DNA of 64,000 nt, taken from the NCBI GenBank assembly GCA_963789395.1, contig CAWBKP010000022.1, positions 1-64,000 on the forward strand, read 5' to 3'. Positions 17,638-26,342 of the stretch are shown here, in pieces. The position numbers were made by a program, and so were the translations under genes. Origin of the DNA: an uncultured delta proteobacterium. GTDB taxonomy: Bacteria > Desulfobacterota > Desulfobacteria > Desulfobacterales > Desulfatirhabdiaceae. The notes beneath the pieces are model-generated. The model had not been told where the DNA came from and searched no databases. It was given only the letters and a program-made list of their open reading frames with translations. Position 1 is the stretch's first letter. Every line of letters begins with the position of its first letter.

Positions 17638-19032
17638 GTGAAATCTCCTGGAATGATTATCTCCGCCTTAAGGGGCGGATCGGGCAAAACAATCCTGTCT
17701 ATCGGTGTTATCGGCGCATGGAAACAGCAAGGCAAAACCGTAATACCCTTCAAAAAAGGTCCGGATTACATTGATGCAGGCTGGCTTGCCCTGGCGGCCG
17801 GCCAGCCCTGTTACAATCTGGACTCCTTTCTTCTCGATCAATCTCAGCTACTCAAATCCTTTATCCGTCATGCAACACCATCAGGTATTTCCGTTGTGGA
17901 AGGCAACCGCGGCCTCTATGACGGGATCGACCTGAAAGGATCCACCAGCACAGCGGAACTAGCGAAACTGCTGGGTCTTCCGGTGGTTCTCTGTCTGGAC
18001 TGTACCAAATCCACCCGCACCATGGCTGCGGTGTTGCTGGGATGTCTGCACTTTGATGCGGATGTTTCCATTCAAGGCGTCGTTTTGAACCGGGTCGCCG
18101 GCAGCCGTCATGAGCGGATTGTCAGAAGCAGCATCGAGCATCATTGCGGCATACCGGTTATCGGCGCGATTCCGGCCATGGACAGCCAGTTTCCGGAACG
18201 CCACATGGGATTGGTGCCGACGCCGGAGCATGACTGGGCGGCCGGATCCGTGAATGCCGTATCCGAAGTGGTGAAAGCATGCCTGGACCTGGACAGACTG
18301 GAGGCAATCGCCCATCTGGCCCTTCCCATAAAGACGCCGGTGTATCCGCCACTTGAAAGATCGGATCCGGTGAGCGTGGAAAAGCCGCGAATCGGTATTA
18401 TCAGGGATTCGGCTTTCCAGTTTTACTATCCGGAAAATATCGAGGCTTTGATTCTGGAAGGGGCGGAGCTGGTCTTTTTGAGTCCGCTGACGCAAGAACA
18501 TCTTCCGGATCTTGATGCCCTGTATATCGGCGGCGGGTTTCCGGAAACCCATGCCCGTCTTCTGGCAGAAAATACCGGCTTCAGATCGGAGCTCAAGGAG
18601 ATTGCCGAAGCAGGCCTTCCCATCTATGCCGAATGCGGCGGGCTGATGTATCTTGGAAAAGAAATTGTTCTGGAGGATGCGGCTTATCCCATGGTCGGCG
18701 TGTTGCCGGTGGGTTTCGGTTTGAGCCAGAAACCAAAAGGCCACGGGTACACAATGGTGACGGTTGACGGGAAGAATCCGTTTTATCCTGAGGGCATGGA
18801 AATCCGGGGGCATGAATTCCATTATTCCTGGGTGGCTTCCTTTGAGGAGACCGCGGATTGCCGGCTCGTGTTTTCCATGAAACGGGGAACCGGCATTTTC
18901 AATCACCGGGACGGCCTCTGCTATAAAAACATTCTGGCCACATACACCCATATCCATGCATCGGGAACCCCCGAGTGGGCCAGAGCACTGGTTCGAAACG
19001 CTATCGCCTTTCGAAGGCTGAAGGCGCTATAA
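17638..19032 (+). CDS. dsrN: Siroheme amidase DsrN (cobyrinate a,c-diamide synthase family)
   Basis: GGSGKT, FKKGPDYID, EGNRGLYDG, ERHMGLV, GGGFPE, AECGGLMYL and GHEFHYS; located after dsrD. Confidence 0.92.
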   Translation: MKSPGMIISALRGGSGKTILSIGVIGAWKQQGKTVIPFKKGPDYIDAGWLALAAGQPCYNLDSFLLDQSQLLKSFIRHATPSGISVVEGNRGLYDGIDLKGSTSTAELAKLLGLPVVLCLDCTKSTRTMAAVLLGCLHFDADVSIQGVVLNRVAGSRHERIVRSSIEHHCGIPVIGAIPAMDSQFPERHMGLVPTPEHDWAAGSVNAVSEVVKACLDLDRLEAIAHLALPIKTPVYPPLERSDPVSVEKPRIGIIRDSAFQFYYPENIEALILEGAELVFLSPLTQEHLPDLDALYIGGGFPETHARLLAENTGFRSELKEIAEAGLPIYAECGGLMYLGKEIVLEDAAYPMVGVLPVGFGLSQKPKGHGYTMVTVDGKNPFYPEGMEIRGHEFHYSWVASFEETADCRLVFSMKRGTGIFNHRDGLCYKNILATYTHIHASGTPEWARALVRNAIAFRRLKAL

Positions 19033-19677
19033 AATCACCAGTTTTTGAATGGCTTTCACAATGGCTTCCGGATCATCCATGACCTGAATGATGTCGATAT
19101 CGTCCGGTGAAATCATCCGTTCCTGCAACAGATGGGCCTTGATCCATTCGATCAGTCCTGTCCAGTAAGCCGTTCCAACCAGAATCACGGGAAAGGGCCT
19201 GATGCGATGCGTCTGGATCAGGGTGACGGCTTCAAACAGCTCGTCCAGCGTGCCGAACCCCCCGGGAAAAATGATATAGGCCATGGCGTATTTGACAAAC
19301 ATCACCTTTCGGATAAAAAAATACTTGAACTCCTGGGTGATGTTGGCATAGGCGTTGGGTTTTTGCTCGTGTGGCAGGAGAATATTGAGACCGACAGAGA
19401 CGCCGCCGGCCTCTGCGGCCCCTTTGTTGGCGGCTTCCATGATTCCGCCGCCGCCGCCGGTAATGACGGCAAAATTTTGCTTTGCAAACCGTCTGGCCAG
19501 GAGTTCTGCTTTTTGGTAAATCGGTTCATCCGGTTTGACCCGCGCAGAGCCGAAAAAACTGATGGCAGGGCCGATATCATGCAGGGCCTCGACGCCATCG
19601 ACAAACTCCCCCATGATTTTAAACAGGCGCCAGGACTCCCCCAACTGAAAATCGTCAATCAGAAATTGTTTTTCCAT
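19027..19677 (-). CDS. LOG-family nucleotide phosphoribohydrolase (Rossmann fold)
   Basis: FGSAR, TGGGGGIMEAANKGA, YFFIRKVMF and PGGFGTLDELFE; 3' end overlaps dsrN convergently by 6 nt. Confidence 0.92.
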   Translation of the reverse strand: MEKQFLIDDFQLGESWRLFKIMGEFVDGVEALHDIGPAISFFGSARVKPDEPIYQKAELLARRFAKQNFAVITGGGGGIMEAANKGAAEAGGVSVGLNILLPHEQKPNAYANITQEFKYFFIRKVMFVKYAMAYIIFPGGFGTLDELFEAVTLIQTHRIRPFPVILVGTAYWTGLIEWIKAHLLQERMISPDDIDIIQVMDDPEAIVKAIQKLVIL

Positions 19678-19702
19678 TGTGCGGAATATTCTTTCCTTAT
19701 GC

Positions 19703-19721
19703 GTTCGGCGTCCAGCCGAAC
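19703..19721 (-). promoter_or_regulatory. Candidate SECIS hairpin for the C-terminal UGA of the glutaredoxin-like selenoprotein
   Basis: Minus strand GTTCGGC-TGGAC-GCCGAAC, a perfect 7-bp stem with a G-containing loop, starting 12 nt after the UGA at 19736-19734. Confidence 0.7.
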
Positions 19722-19724
19722 CGT

Positions 19725-19952
19725 TTAGACCCTTCAGGATTTTCCGTTAAACCCGATCACCACGTTGTCCCGATCAACAATAACCGGGACATGGCGATCT
19801 CCTTCGGAGTACTTGAGCATGGCGTTCATTTTGTCGGCATCCGACAACACATCGATATAGATCACCGTTTTCCCTTCATTTGCGTATGCTTCACGAGCAG
19901 CAGTCGTGTAGGGTCAGGTGTTTTTCCCGAAAATGGTGATGGCATCCGTCAT
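19725..19952 (-). CDS. Glutaredoxin-like selenoprotein with two Sec codons (UXX-star type); absent from the ORF track
   Basis: Hand translation MTDAITIFGKNT-U-PYTTAAREAYANEGKTVIYIDVLSDADKMNAMLKYSEGDRHVPVIVDRDNVVIGFNGKS-U-RV*. AAGGAG RBS. UGA at codons 13 (19916-19914) and 73 (19736-19734). Grx features UPYT, VP.I and IGF. Fills the glnS-LOG gap. Confidence 0.9.
19881..19902 (-). promoter_or_regulatory. Candidate SECIS hairpin for the first UGA (within the coding sequence)
   Basis: Minus strand TGC-TGCT-CGTGA-AGCA-TAC-GCA, a bulged hairpin starting 11 nt after the UGA. Confidence 0.55.
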
Positions 19953-19966
19953 GGGCAAATCTCCTT

Positions 19967-21664
19967 TCAGGGTTTTTTATTTTGAATCTTGGCCCATTCA
20001 TCTTTTAAGGAAACAGTTCGATTGAACACCGGAGCTGATTCGCAGGAATCCACCGTATCCACGCAAAAATAGCCGAGGCGTTCAAACTGATACCGGCTGC
20101 CGGGCACGGCGTCGGCAAGTCCCGGTTCGAGCCTGCAGTCCGTGAGCGTTTTCAAGGATTCGGGATTGATGAATGCCTTGAAGTCTGTGCCGTCCGTTGC
20201 GCCGTTCGGATCGGGCCGGGTAAACAGATGATCGTAGAGCCGCACTTCAGCGCCAACGGCATGATCCGCGGAAACCCAGTGCAGGGTCGCCTTGACTTTT
20301 CTGCCGTCCGGTGCCCCGCCGCCACGGGTTTCCGGGTCATAACTGCAGCGAATTTCCTGGACTTCACCGGTTTTGGCGTTCTTGATCACCTGCTCGCACT
20401 TGATATAAAAGGCGTAGCGAAGCCGGACCTCGCGTCCGGGGGCAAGGCGGTAGAATTTCTTGGGCGGATCTTCCATGAAATCGTCGGCTTCAATATACAG
20501 CACCCTTGAAAACGGCAGGCTTCGGGATCCCATCTGCGGCTTGTCCGGATGATAGGGTGCATCCAGCCACTCCACCTGGCCTTCGGGATAATTTTCGATG
20601 ACAACACGAAGGGGTTTTAAAACCGCCATGACCCGCGGGGCGGTTTCATTGAGATTTTCCCGAACGCAGTGTTCCAGCAAGGCTGCATCCACGGTGCTGT
20701 CTCTTTTGGCAACCCCGATGCGTTCGCAAAAATTGCGGATCGCCTCCGGCGGGTAGCCCCTTCTGCGAATACCGGAAATAGAGGGCATTCTCGGGTCATT
20801 CCATCCGTTCACTATCCCATTTTCCACCAACTCAATCATTTTTCGTTTGCTCAGAACTGCATAAGTTAGATTCAGTCGCGCAAATTCGATCTGTTGCGGA
20901 TGACAGGCGACATCCAAAGTATCCAGCACCCAGTCGTACAGAGCACGGTTGTTTTCAAACTCAAGGGTGCAAATCGAATGGGTGATCCCTTCAATGGAAT
21001 CCGAAAGACAATGGGTAAAATCATACATGGGATAAATACACCACTTGTTGCCTGTACGGTGATGGGCGGCATGACGGATCCGATAAATAGGCGGATCGCG
21101 CATCACCAGATTTGAAGAAGCCATGTCGATTTTGGCGCGCAGCACATGGGCGCCATCCGGAAACTCTCCGTTTCGCATCCGGGTGAACAGATCCAGATTT
21201 TCTGCAATTGAACGGCTGCGGTAGGGACTGTTCTTGCCGGGTTCCGTCAGCGTGCCGCGGTACTGCCGGATTTCATCGGCGCTCAGGCTGCATACGTATG
21301 CCTTGCCTTTTTCGATGAGTCGAACCGCATAGGCGTAAAGCTGATCAAAATAATCCGAAGCATAATACAGGCGGTTTTCCCAGTCAAAGCCCAGCCAGCG
21401 GACATCTTCCTGGATGGAATCCACATATTCGACGTCTTCCTTGCTGGGATTGGTGTCGTCAAATCGCAGGTTGCAGAGGCCGCCGAATTCGGCGGCCAGC
21501 CCGAAATTCAGGCAGATGGATTTGGCATGGCCGATGTGCAGGTAGCCGTTGGGCTCCGGCGGAAACCGGGTCATAATCTGCCGATCATACTTATGGGACT
21601 CAAGGTCATCAATGACGATGTTGCGAATGAAATTCGATGAAGGACTCTGATCCGTGGATGTCAT
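19967..21664 (-). CDS. glnS: Glutamine--tRNA ligase
   Basis: [51 protein letters not shown] and FERLGYF. Confidence 0.97.
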   Translation of the reverse strand: MTSTDQSPSSNFIRNIVIDDLESHKYDRQIMTRFPPEPNGYLHIGHAKSICLNFGLAAEFGGLCNLRFDDTNPSKEDVEYVDSIQEDVRWLGFDWENRLYYASDYFDQLYAYAVRLIEKGKAYVCSLSADEIRQYRGTLTEPGKNSPYRSRSIAENLDLFTRMRNGEFPDGAHVLRAKIDMASSNLVMRDPPIYRIRHAAHHRTGNKWCIYPMYDFTHCLSDSIEGITHSICTLEFENNRALYDWVLDTLDVACHPQQIEFARLNLTYAVLSKRKMIELVENGIVNGWNDPRMPSISGIRRRGYPPEAIRNFCERIGVAKRDSTVDAALLEHCVRENLNETAPRVMAVLKPLRVVIENYPEGQVEWLDAPYHPDKPQMGSRSLPFSRVLYIEADDFMEDPPKKFYRLAPGREVRLRYAFYIKCEQVIKNAKTGEVQEIRCSYDPETRGGGAPDGRKVKATLHWVSADHAVGAEVRLYDHLFTRPDPNGATDGTDFKAFINPESLKTLTDCRLEPGLADAVPGSRYQFERLGYFCVDTVDSCESAPVFNRTVSLKDEWAKIQNKKP

Positions 21665-21676
21665 ACCATTTTCTCC

Positions 21677-22171
21677 CTACCGCTTCTGACTTTCGGCTTT
21701 TTCCCGTTCCAGATCTTCCTTGCTCAGGGTCCAGAATGGCGTGCCATCCTTGGTCAGGCGAACCTTGTATTCAAAGAAATCCCCTTTTGATATTTTGGAA
21801 GCAATCACGATATCCTCATTGTTAAGTTCCACCCACACGCCTTTGACCTTGATTTTGTCGTCCTTTCGAATTCCTGTGGCAGCTGGATCGATAAACCAGC
21901 GGGGCCCAAGATGCACCGTTACCACATCGCCGTCCGGATCCTTGACCAGAAGAGCCACGCCGGGTGACATGCCCGGAAAAGGGATGATTTCCTTGAATCC
22001 GGTGACGATTCCCTTGAAACTGTCCCGATCGCTGGGAACATAGAGTTTGTCATATTTGCTGTTTCGTTCCCAACCACCCATGTCCTTTTTTTCTTCAGCC
22101 ATTGACGAGCCTGTGAACAAAAAAAACACCGTTAAACTCAGAACCGTAAATCGAATAAACTTACACATCAT
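21677..22171 (-). CDS. Exported hypothetical protein, OB-fold-like
   Basis: Sec signal peptide (FIRFTVLSLTVFFLFTGSSMA), beta-rich core with VHLGPRWF and GTPFW; GGAGG RBS before ATG-ATG at about 22171. Confidence 0.7.
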   Translation of the reverse strand: MMCKFIRFTVLSLTVFFLFTGSSMAEEKKDMGGWERNSKYDKLYVPSDRDSFKGIVTGFKEIIPFPGMSPGVALLVKDPDGDVVTVHLGPRWFIDPAATGIRKDDKIKVKGVWVELNNEDIVIASKISKGDFFEYKVRLTKDGTPFWTLSKEDLEREKAESQKR

Positions 22172-22519
22172 GTTTCCTCCTTCCAAAACAGCTTTTCAAA
22201 ATAACAGGATACGCACGACCGGGTCTTAGCGATACAATACATGATCCCATGATACCATATTGACCTGCAGAATCATATAAACAATAAAGGAACTGGACAA
22301 CGTAACTTTCTCCCGTCTTGGCAGACTTGATCCGGCATCCTGGATTTGCATCACGCTGCAATCATAATAGATTTTGACATTGACGAAGGGCAAGTATAAT
22401 AAAAAATCATAATATCAATATGTTATAAGAGCTGCAGGGTATCCATGCAAGCAATTCAAAATCGATAATCTGCCGTTTTGCAAGCTTATGATTTCCGATG
22501 GCTTCCGAATTATATTCAT

Positions 22520-22553
22520 AAAAAAAGGGAACAAGCTGCAGGCTTATTCCCTT
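22520..22553 (-). terminator. Intrinsic terminator of the 22599-22921 gene
   Basis: Imperfect hairpin AAGGGAACAAGC-TGCAG-GCTTATTCCCTT; plus-strand A-run gives a minus-strand U-tract. Confidence 0.7.
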
Positions 22554-22598
22554 GGATGAATCGAAGCTGCGGGCGCTATGGGCAACCCGCCATCAGCT

Positions 22599-22921
22599 TT
22601 ACCGCATTGCAGACCGGGGGGCCTTGCCTGCAAGGGGGCTGTAAATCTTCATGATAGCCACTTTCATGACGTCAATGGTTTTCATGTTGCAGATAATATC
22701 CAGAAGCGTGGTCTCGGCCGCTTCAGGAATGACACAGGCATTGGTAGCATCAAAACTAGATCCGGAAAGCCCTTGATGAGTTTTTTCTGCTCTTTTGCGC
22801 TGACATCAACCTGAATGGCTTTTTTCCCATCGACGTCCTTGATATGACCTGCCAGTCCCGCAGCTTCGAGTTTCTTCTGCTTTTCATCGTTCATGAAAAT
22901 ATTGATGTAATAATCTGCCAT
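22599..22921 (-). CDS. Hypothetical protein of about 107 aa, one frameshift near 22755
   Basis: GGGAGG RBS, then MADYYINIFMNDEK...GFPDLV; adding one T continues FDATNACVIPEAAETTLLDIICNMKTIDVMKVAIMKIYSPLAGKAPRSAMR*. Confidence 0.75.
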
Positions 22922-23013
22922 GTGTATCCTCCCAGTGATTAAAAAAAGTTGTGTGGTTTTACCAATCTCCAATTTTCGGTTTGCTTACTGAATTTCAGCC
23001 CAGTTGGCGATTT

Positions 23014-23042
23014 TTTATATTATGACGGACGGGCTCTGTCAA
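23014..23042 (-). promoter_or_regulatory. Sigma70-type promoter of the 22599-22921 gene
   Basis: Minus strand TTGACA, 17 nt, TATAAA. Confidence 0.65.
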
Positions 23043-23106
23043 GAAAACTCGACAGTTTCATAAATTTGCATGAAAGGATTCGCTTCAGTCAGTGCGTCCG
23101 ACCGTT

Positions 23107-23568
23107 TTATCCATAAAGCGGCTGGGAGTGAAAATTCAGATGGGATTGAATCTTTTGTGACAACCGGCTGCTTTGCTGCTCCGAACATTCGGGGCAGAGG
23201 CCCACAAATTCCAGACGGTGCCCGGTGATGGCGTAGCCGGTTTCTGAATTCAGCGAAGAATTGAAATCAAAATGAATATTCTCCGGAACATCATCGATGC
23301 GGTGGCAGTTCAGGCACCTGAGGTGGTAATGGTCCTTGATATTTCCGTCAAACCGCTTGAGCTTGCCGCAGATTTCAATTTTCTGGATTTCTCCCAGTTC
23401 CGAAAGAATCTCCAGATTCCGGTAAACCGTTCCCAGGCTGATGCGGGGAAGAAGCCGCCGGACCATTTCATAGACTTCGTCGGCGCTGGGATGGGTCATG
23501 ACTTTTCGAATTTCCTGAAGGATCACCTGGCGCTGACGGGTCATTCGGAGTTGTGCGTCGTTTGACAA
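23107..23568 (-). CDS. perR: Fur-family transcriptional repressor, PerR-like
   Basis: RMTRQRQVIL, HPSADEVY, ISLGTVYRNL, RFDG, HYHLRCLNC and GLCPEC (two CxxC); PerR versus Fur assignment is an inference. Confidence 0.8.
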   Translation of the reverse strand: MSNDAQLRMTRQRQVILQEIRKVMTHPSADEVYEMVRRLLPRISLGTVYRNLEILSELGEIQKIEICGKLKRFDGNIKDHYHLRCLNCHRIDDVPENIHFDFNSSLNSETGYAITGHRLEFVGLCPECSEQQSSRLSQKIQSHLNFHSQPLYG

Positions 23569-23580
23569 AATATGTTGTCC

Positions 23581-24765
23581 TTATGCTGAACGTTTTTCAA
23601 TGGGCGTAAAAGAACAGGTCTCCGGCCCGCAGTAGTCCCCGACATATTCTGATTCCGGGCGGTAGAGAACGGGCTTGGCCGAAGCGCCCGCATACTGTTC
23701 CTCGATCACATGCGTTACCCACCCGGCAACCCGGGAAACGGCAAAAACCGGCGTAAACAAATCCACTGGAATTCCCATGGCATAATACAGGGATGCGCTG
23801 TAAAAGTCCACATTCACCACGATATCCATGCCTTTTCGCAGATTGAACGCAGCCTTGGCCCGGGTCTCAAGAAGTTTGGAAATATCGTACCAGCGGGAAT
23901 CACCGATTTTCTCTCCCATAGTCTTGGACATGGGGGCCAGAATAAAGGCCCGCGGGTCATCCACATTATAAACCGCATGACCCAGTCCCATAATTTTCCG
24001 GCCGGCCGCAAACTCTGTCTGTACATAGGATTCCACCGCATCCGGTGTGCCGATCTTCATCAGCATATCCATGACCCTGGCATTGGCTCCCCCATGAAGC
24101 TCTCCGGAAAGAGAGCCGATTGCCGCGGAAACCGCTGCATACATGTGCGCCCGGGTGGAGGCCACTTCGCGGGCGGCAAATGTCGATGCGTTAAAGGAAT
24201 GCTCGGCATGAAGCACCAGGCAGACATCCAGAAACCCTGCGATTTGCGGGTCCGGAATTTCATTTTTCAGCATGTACAGAAAATTGGCCGCATGATCCAG
24301 CCGGGGATCGGGCGTGACTGGCTCCAGACCGTGCCGGATCCGGTGCCATGCGGCAACAATAGTGGCGGTTTTGGCAATCAGACGAATGGCCATGCGGACG
24401 GAGCCATCCTGCGTCACCTGCGGCAGCTCGGGATCATGATTGGCCAGCATGGAAACCGCGGCCTGAAGCACATCCATTGCCAGTGCGTTGGCTGGGCGGG
24501 TTTTGAGCGCAGCGATCATCTCAGGCGGTATCTCGCGTTCCCGGGAAAGGCGGCTCTTGAAATCCAGAAGCTCGGTTTGAGAAGGCAGTTTTTCGAACAA
24601 GAGCAGATACGCGACTTCCTCAAATGTTGCCCGGGATGCCAGTTCCTGAATCAGATAGCCTCTGTAGATCAGCCTTCCGGCATCCCCGTCCACATCGCTG
24701 ATGCGGGTCTGTGCAATCTTGACGCCGCGCAGTCCGGTATTCAGAATAATCTTGCAGTCGTCCAT
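23581..24765 (-). CDS. gltA: Citrate synthase (Si-type, dimeric-size) or 2-methylcitrate synthase family
   Basis: GLRGV, GRLIYRGY, LHAEHSFNASTF, LHGGAN, IMGLGHAVY..DPR, NVDFYS and FAVSRVAGW. Confidence 0.88.
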   Translation of the reverse strand: MDDCKIILNTGLRGVKIAQTRISDVDGDAGRLIYRGYLIQELASRATFEEVAYLLLFEKLPSQTELLDFKSRLSREREIPPEMIAALKTRPANALAMDVLQAAVSMLANHDPELPQVTQDGSVRMAIRLIAKTATIVAAWHRIRHGLEPVTPDPRLDHAANFLYMLKNEIPDPQIAGFLDVCLVLHAEHSFNASTFAAREVASTRAHMYAAVSAAIGSLSGELHGGANARVMDMLMKIGTPDAVESYVQTEFAAGRKIMGLGHAVYNVDDPRAFILAPMSKTMGEKIGDSRWYDISKLLETRAKAAFNLRKGMDIVVNVDFYSASLYYAMGIPVDLFTPVFAVSRVAGWVTHVIEEQYAGASAKPVLYRPESEYVGDYCGPETCSFTPIEKRSA

Positions 24766-24787
24766 AATACACCTGCCGCCTTGGTTA

Positions 24788-24999
24788 TTAATAGTCTATC
24801 CACATGTCGGCTTCGTTGCCACAGTGCTTGCAATGGGCCGTGCCCTTGATTTTTTTGGGCTCAGTTGCTGGAGTTTTGGCTCAGACTTTTTTGGAGAAGG
24901 CTCAGCCGGCGCATCCGGAAGGGTGCAGGTGATTTCCATTTCAGCCTCATTTCCGCAGTTTTCACATTTGCAGACCTGTTTTTTGACAATGTTTGACAT
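24788..24999 (-). CDS. Small protein of about 70 aa with two CxxCGNEAxM repeats, one frameshift near 24875
   Basis: GGAAAGGA RBS; MSNIVKKQVCKCENCGNEAEMEITC..., a Pro/Lys-rich linker; adding one A gives ...PATEPKKIKGTAHCKHCGNEADMWIDY*. Confidence 0.75.
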
Positions 25000-25062
25000 C
25001 TGTTTTCCTTTCCAGAATGATGAATTATTAAAATCATGAAACAATTTAAAATTTATCTTAAA

Positions 25063-25082
25063 CTATAATGATTCTTATTCAT
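25063..25082. promoter_or_regulatory. Candidate Fur/PerR-family box upstream of the CxxC-gltA-perR operon
   Basis: CTATAATGATTCTTATTCAT (minus: ATGAATAAGAATCATTATAG) resembles the AATGAnAATCATTAT Fur box; minus-strand TTGACA at 25102-25097 just upstream. Confidence 0.45.
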
Positions 25083-25571
25083 GATTCATGCGGATGTGTC
25101 AATAAAAAAGTCAGCAATGCCAGCTGTAGATTCAACATCTGGCAGACGGTTTCTGTCAATGTTCTCCATTCAATTCCTTTTCCTGATATAGGAGAATGCG
25201 GCATATAGAGACAATTCATGTTGCCAAAAATATGTCAAGGGAATATAATTAAGATTCAAATATGTAACTTGCCGGTCGGAGATATCTATATGGTTCTTTA
25301 TCAATAATTGTCAGGATGGCGTGAATCTGCTATCTGACGGATAAAAGCGCGGGCGCATTGACGCGTCTCGCGAATATGGTGATGAAATGGCACAGTGGCG
25401 TCTGGTCTTGATAATAGAAGAAGACAGATGGTCGCGCCCATCATTTGTTGCCGATAACCTTTTGGATTTTTTCCAGAATATATGACGCGTAAACATTCTG
25501 TCCTGCGCCACACTGGGAGATCGCATTTCCTGTGCCCGCTTTTGAGTTAAGTCAGCACTATTTTAAGCCAT

Positions 25572-26342
25572 ATGACATCATCAATTCAACTTTCCAATCT
25601 GCTTTTTCATACTGTTCGCGCCCGCCTGGCAAATGAACTGAGGCTCTACTACCTGCATTTTGCCTGGTGGTTTGTCGAACCCCTGCTGGACATGGCTATT
25701 TTTTATGTGGTTTTCGCCATTCTCATGAAGCAGGGGACCGATCATTACGTTCCGTTTCTGCTGATAGGCATTGTATTTTGGACCTGGTTCAACCGCAGCC
25801 TTCAGAACGGATCTCTCAGCATTATGCATGCCAAAGACCTGATGGCCCAGATGAATCTGCCCAAAGCTTTTTTCCCCATCGCCACAGTCTGTCAGGATTG
25901 TGTGAAACAATTTTTTGTGATGGTGGTTTTGATGGTGTTCCTGATCCTCTACGGGATGCCGTTTTCGCTGCCATGGATATGTTTGCCCGTCTTAATGACC
26001 ATTCAATTCATTCTTATCTTAGGGGTTACCATTTTTCTGGCTGCTATTGTGCCTTTTTTCCCGGACCTGAAATTTATTATCGCGGCCGGGCTGCAGCTGA
26101 TGTTTTTTGTTTCCGGCATTTTTTTTGATATCGATCGAACGGTTTTGCCGGTGCACCGGAGCATTGTTTATTTAAATCCCATGGCCGGCCTCATTCGCAA
26201 TTATCGTCTTATCCTGATGCAAGGGGCATGGCCGGACTGGACCTATCTGTTCGGAGCGTTTCTATCTGCAACGCTGCTGCTCTTTCTCTCTCTTCTGCTG
26301 GTGCGACATTTTGGTCATATCTATCCGAAAATCGTCATATGA
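25572..26342 (+). CDS. wzm: Polysaccharide ABC exporter permease
   Basis: ABC-2 membrane protein: WWFVEPL, YVPFLLIG, DLKFII...Q...SGIFF and LNPMA. Confidence 0.9.
   Translation: MTSSIQLSNLLFHTVRARLANELRLYYLHFAWWFVEPLLDMAIFYVVFAILMKQGTDHYVPFLLIGIVFWTWFNRSLQNGSLSIMHAKDLMAQMNLPKAFFPIATVCQDCVKQFFVMVVLMVFLILYGMPFSLPWICLPVLMTIQFILILGVTIFLAAIVPFFPDLKFIIAAGLQLMFFVSGIFFDIDRTVLPVHRSIVYLNPMAGLIRNYRLILMQGAWPDWTYLFGAFLSATLLLFLSLLLVRHFGHIYPKIVI

Noticed and set aside
17638..19032. Cobalamin biosynthesis gene (cobB/cbiA)
   Set aside because: Its position after dsrD and the lack of other cob genes point to DsrN.
19677..19985. 102-aa plus-strand ORF in the track
   Set aside because: It is the antisense shadow of the minus-strand selenoprotein, which has the RBS, motifs, SECIS candidates and operon orientation.
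21677..22171. Magnetosome link for the exported OB-fold-like protein (loose MamS/MamX resemblance)
   Set aside because: No CxxCH magnetochrome motif and no other mam genes; housekeeping context.
25100..25571. ncRNA, riboswitch or ops/JUMPstart element before wzm
   Set aside because: Only short imperfect hairpins; no recognisable consensus. An Rfam scan would be needed.
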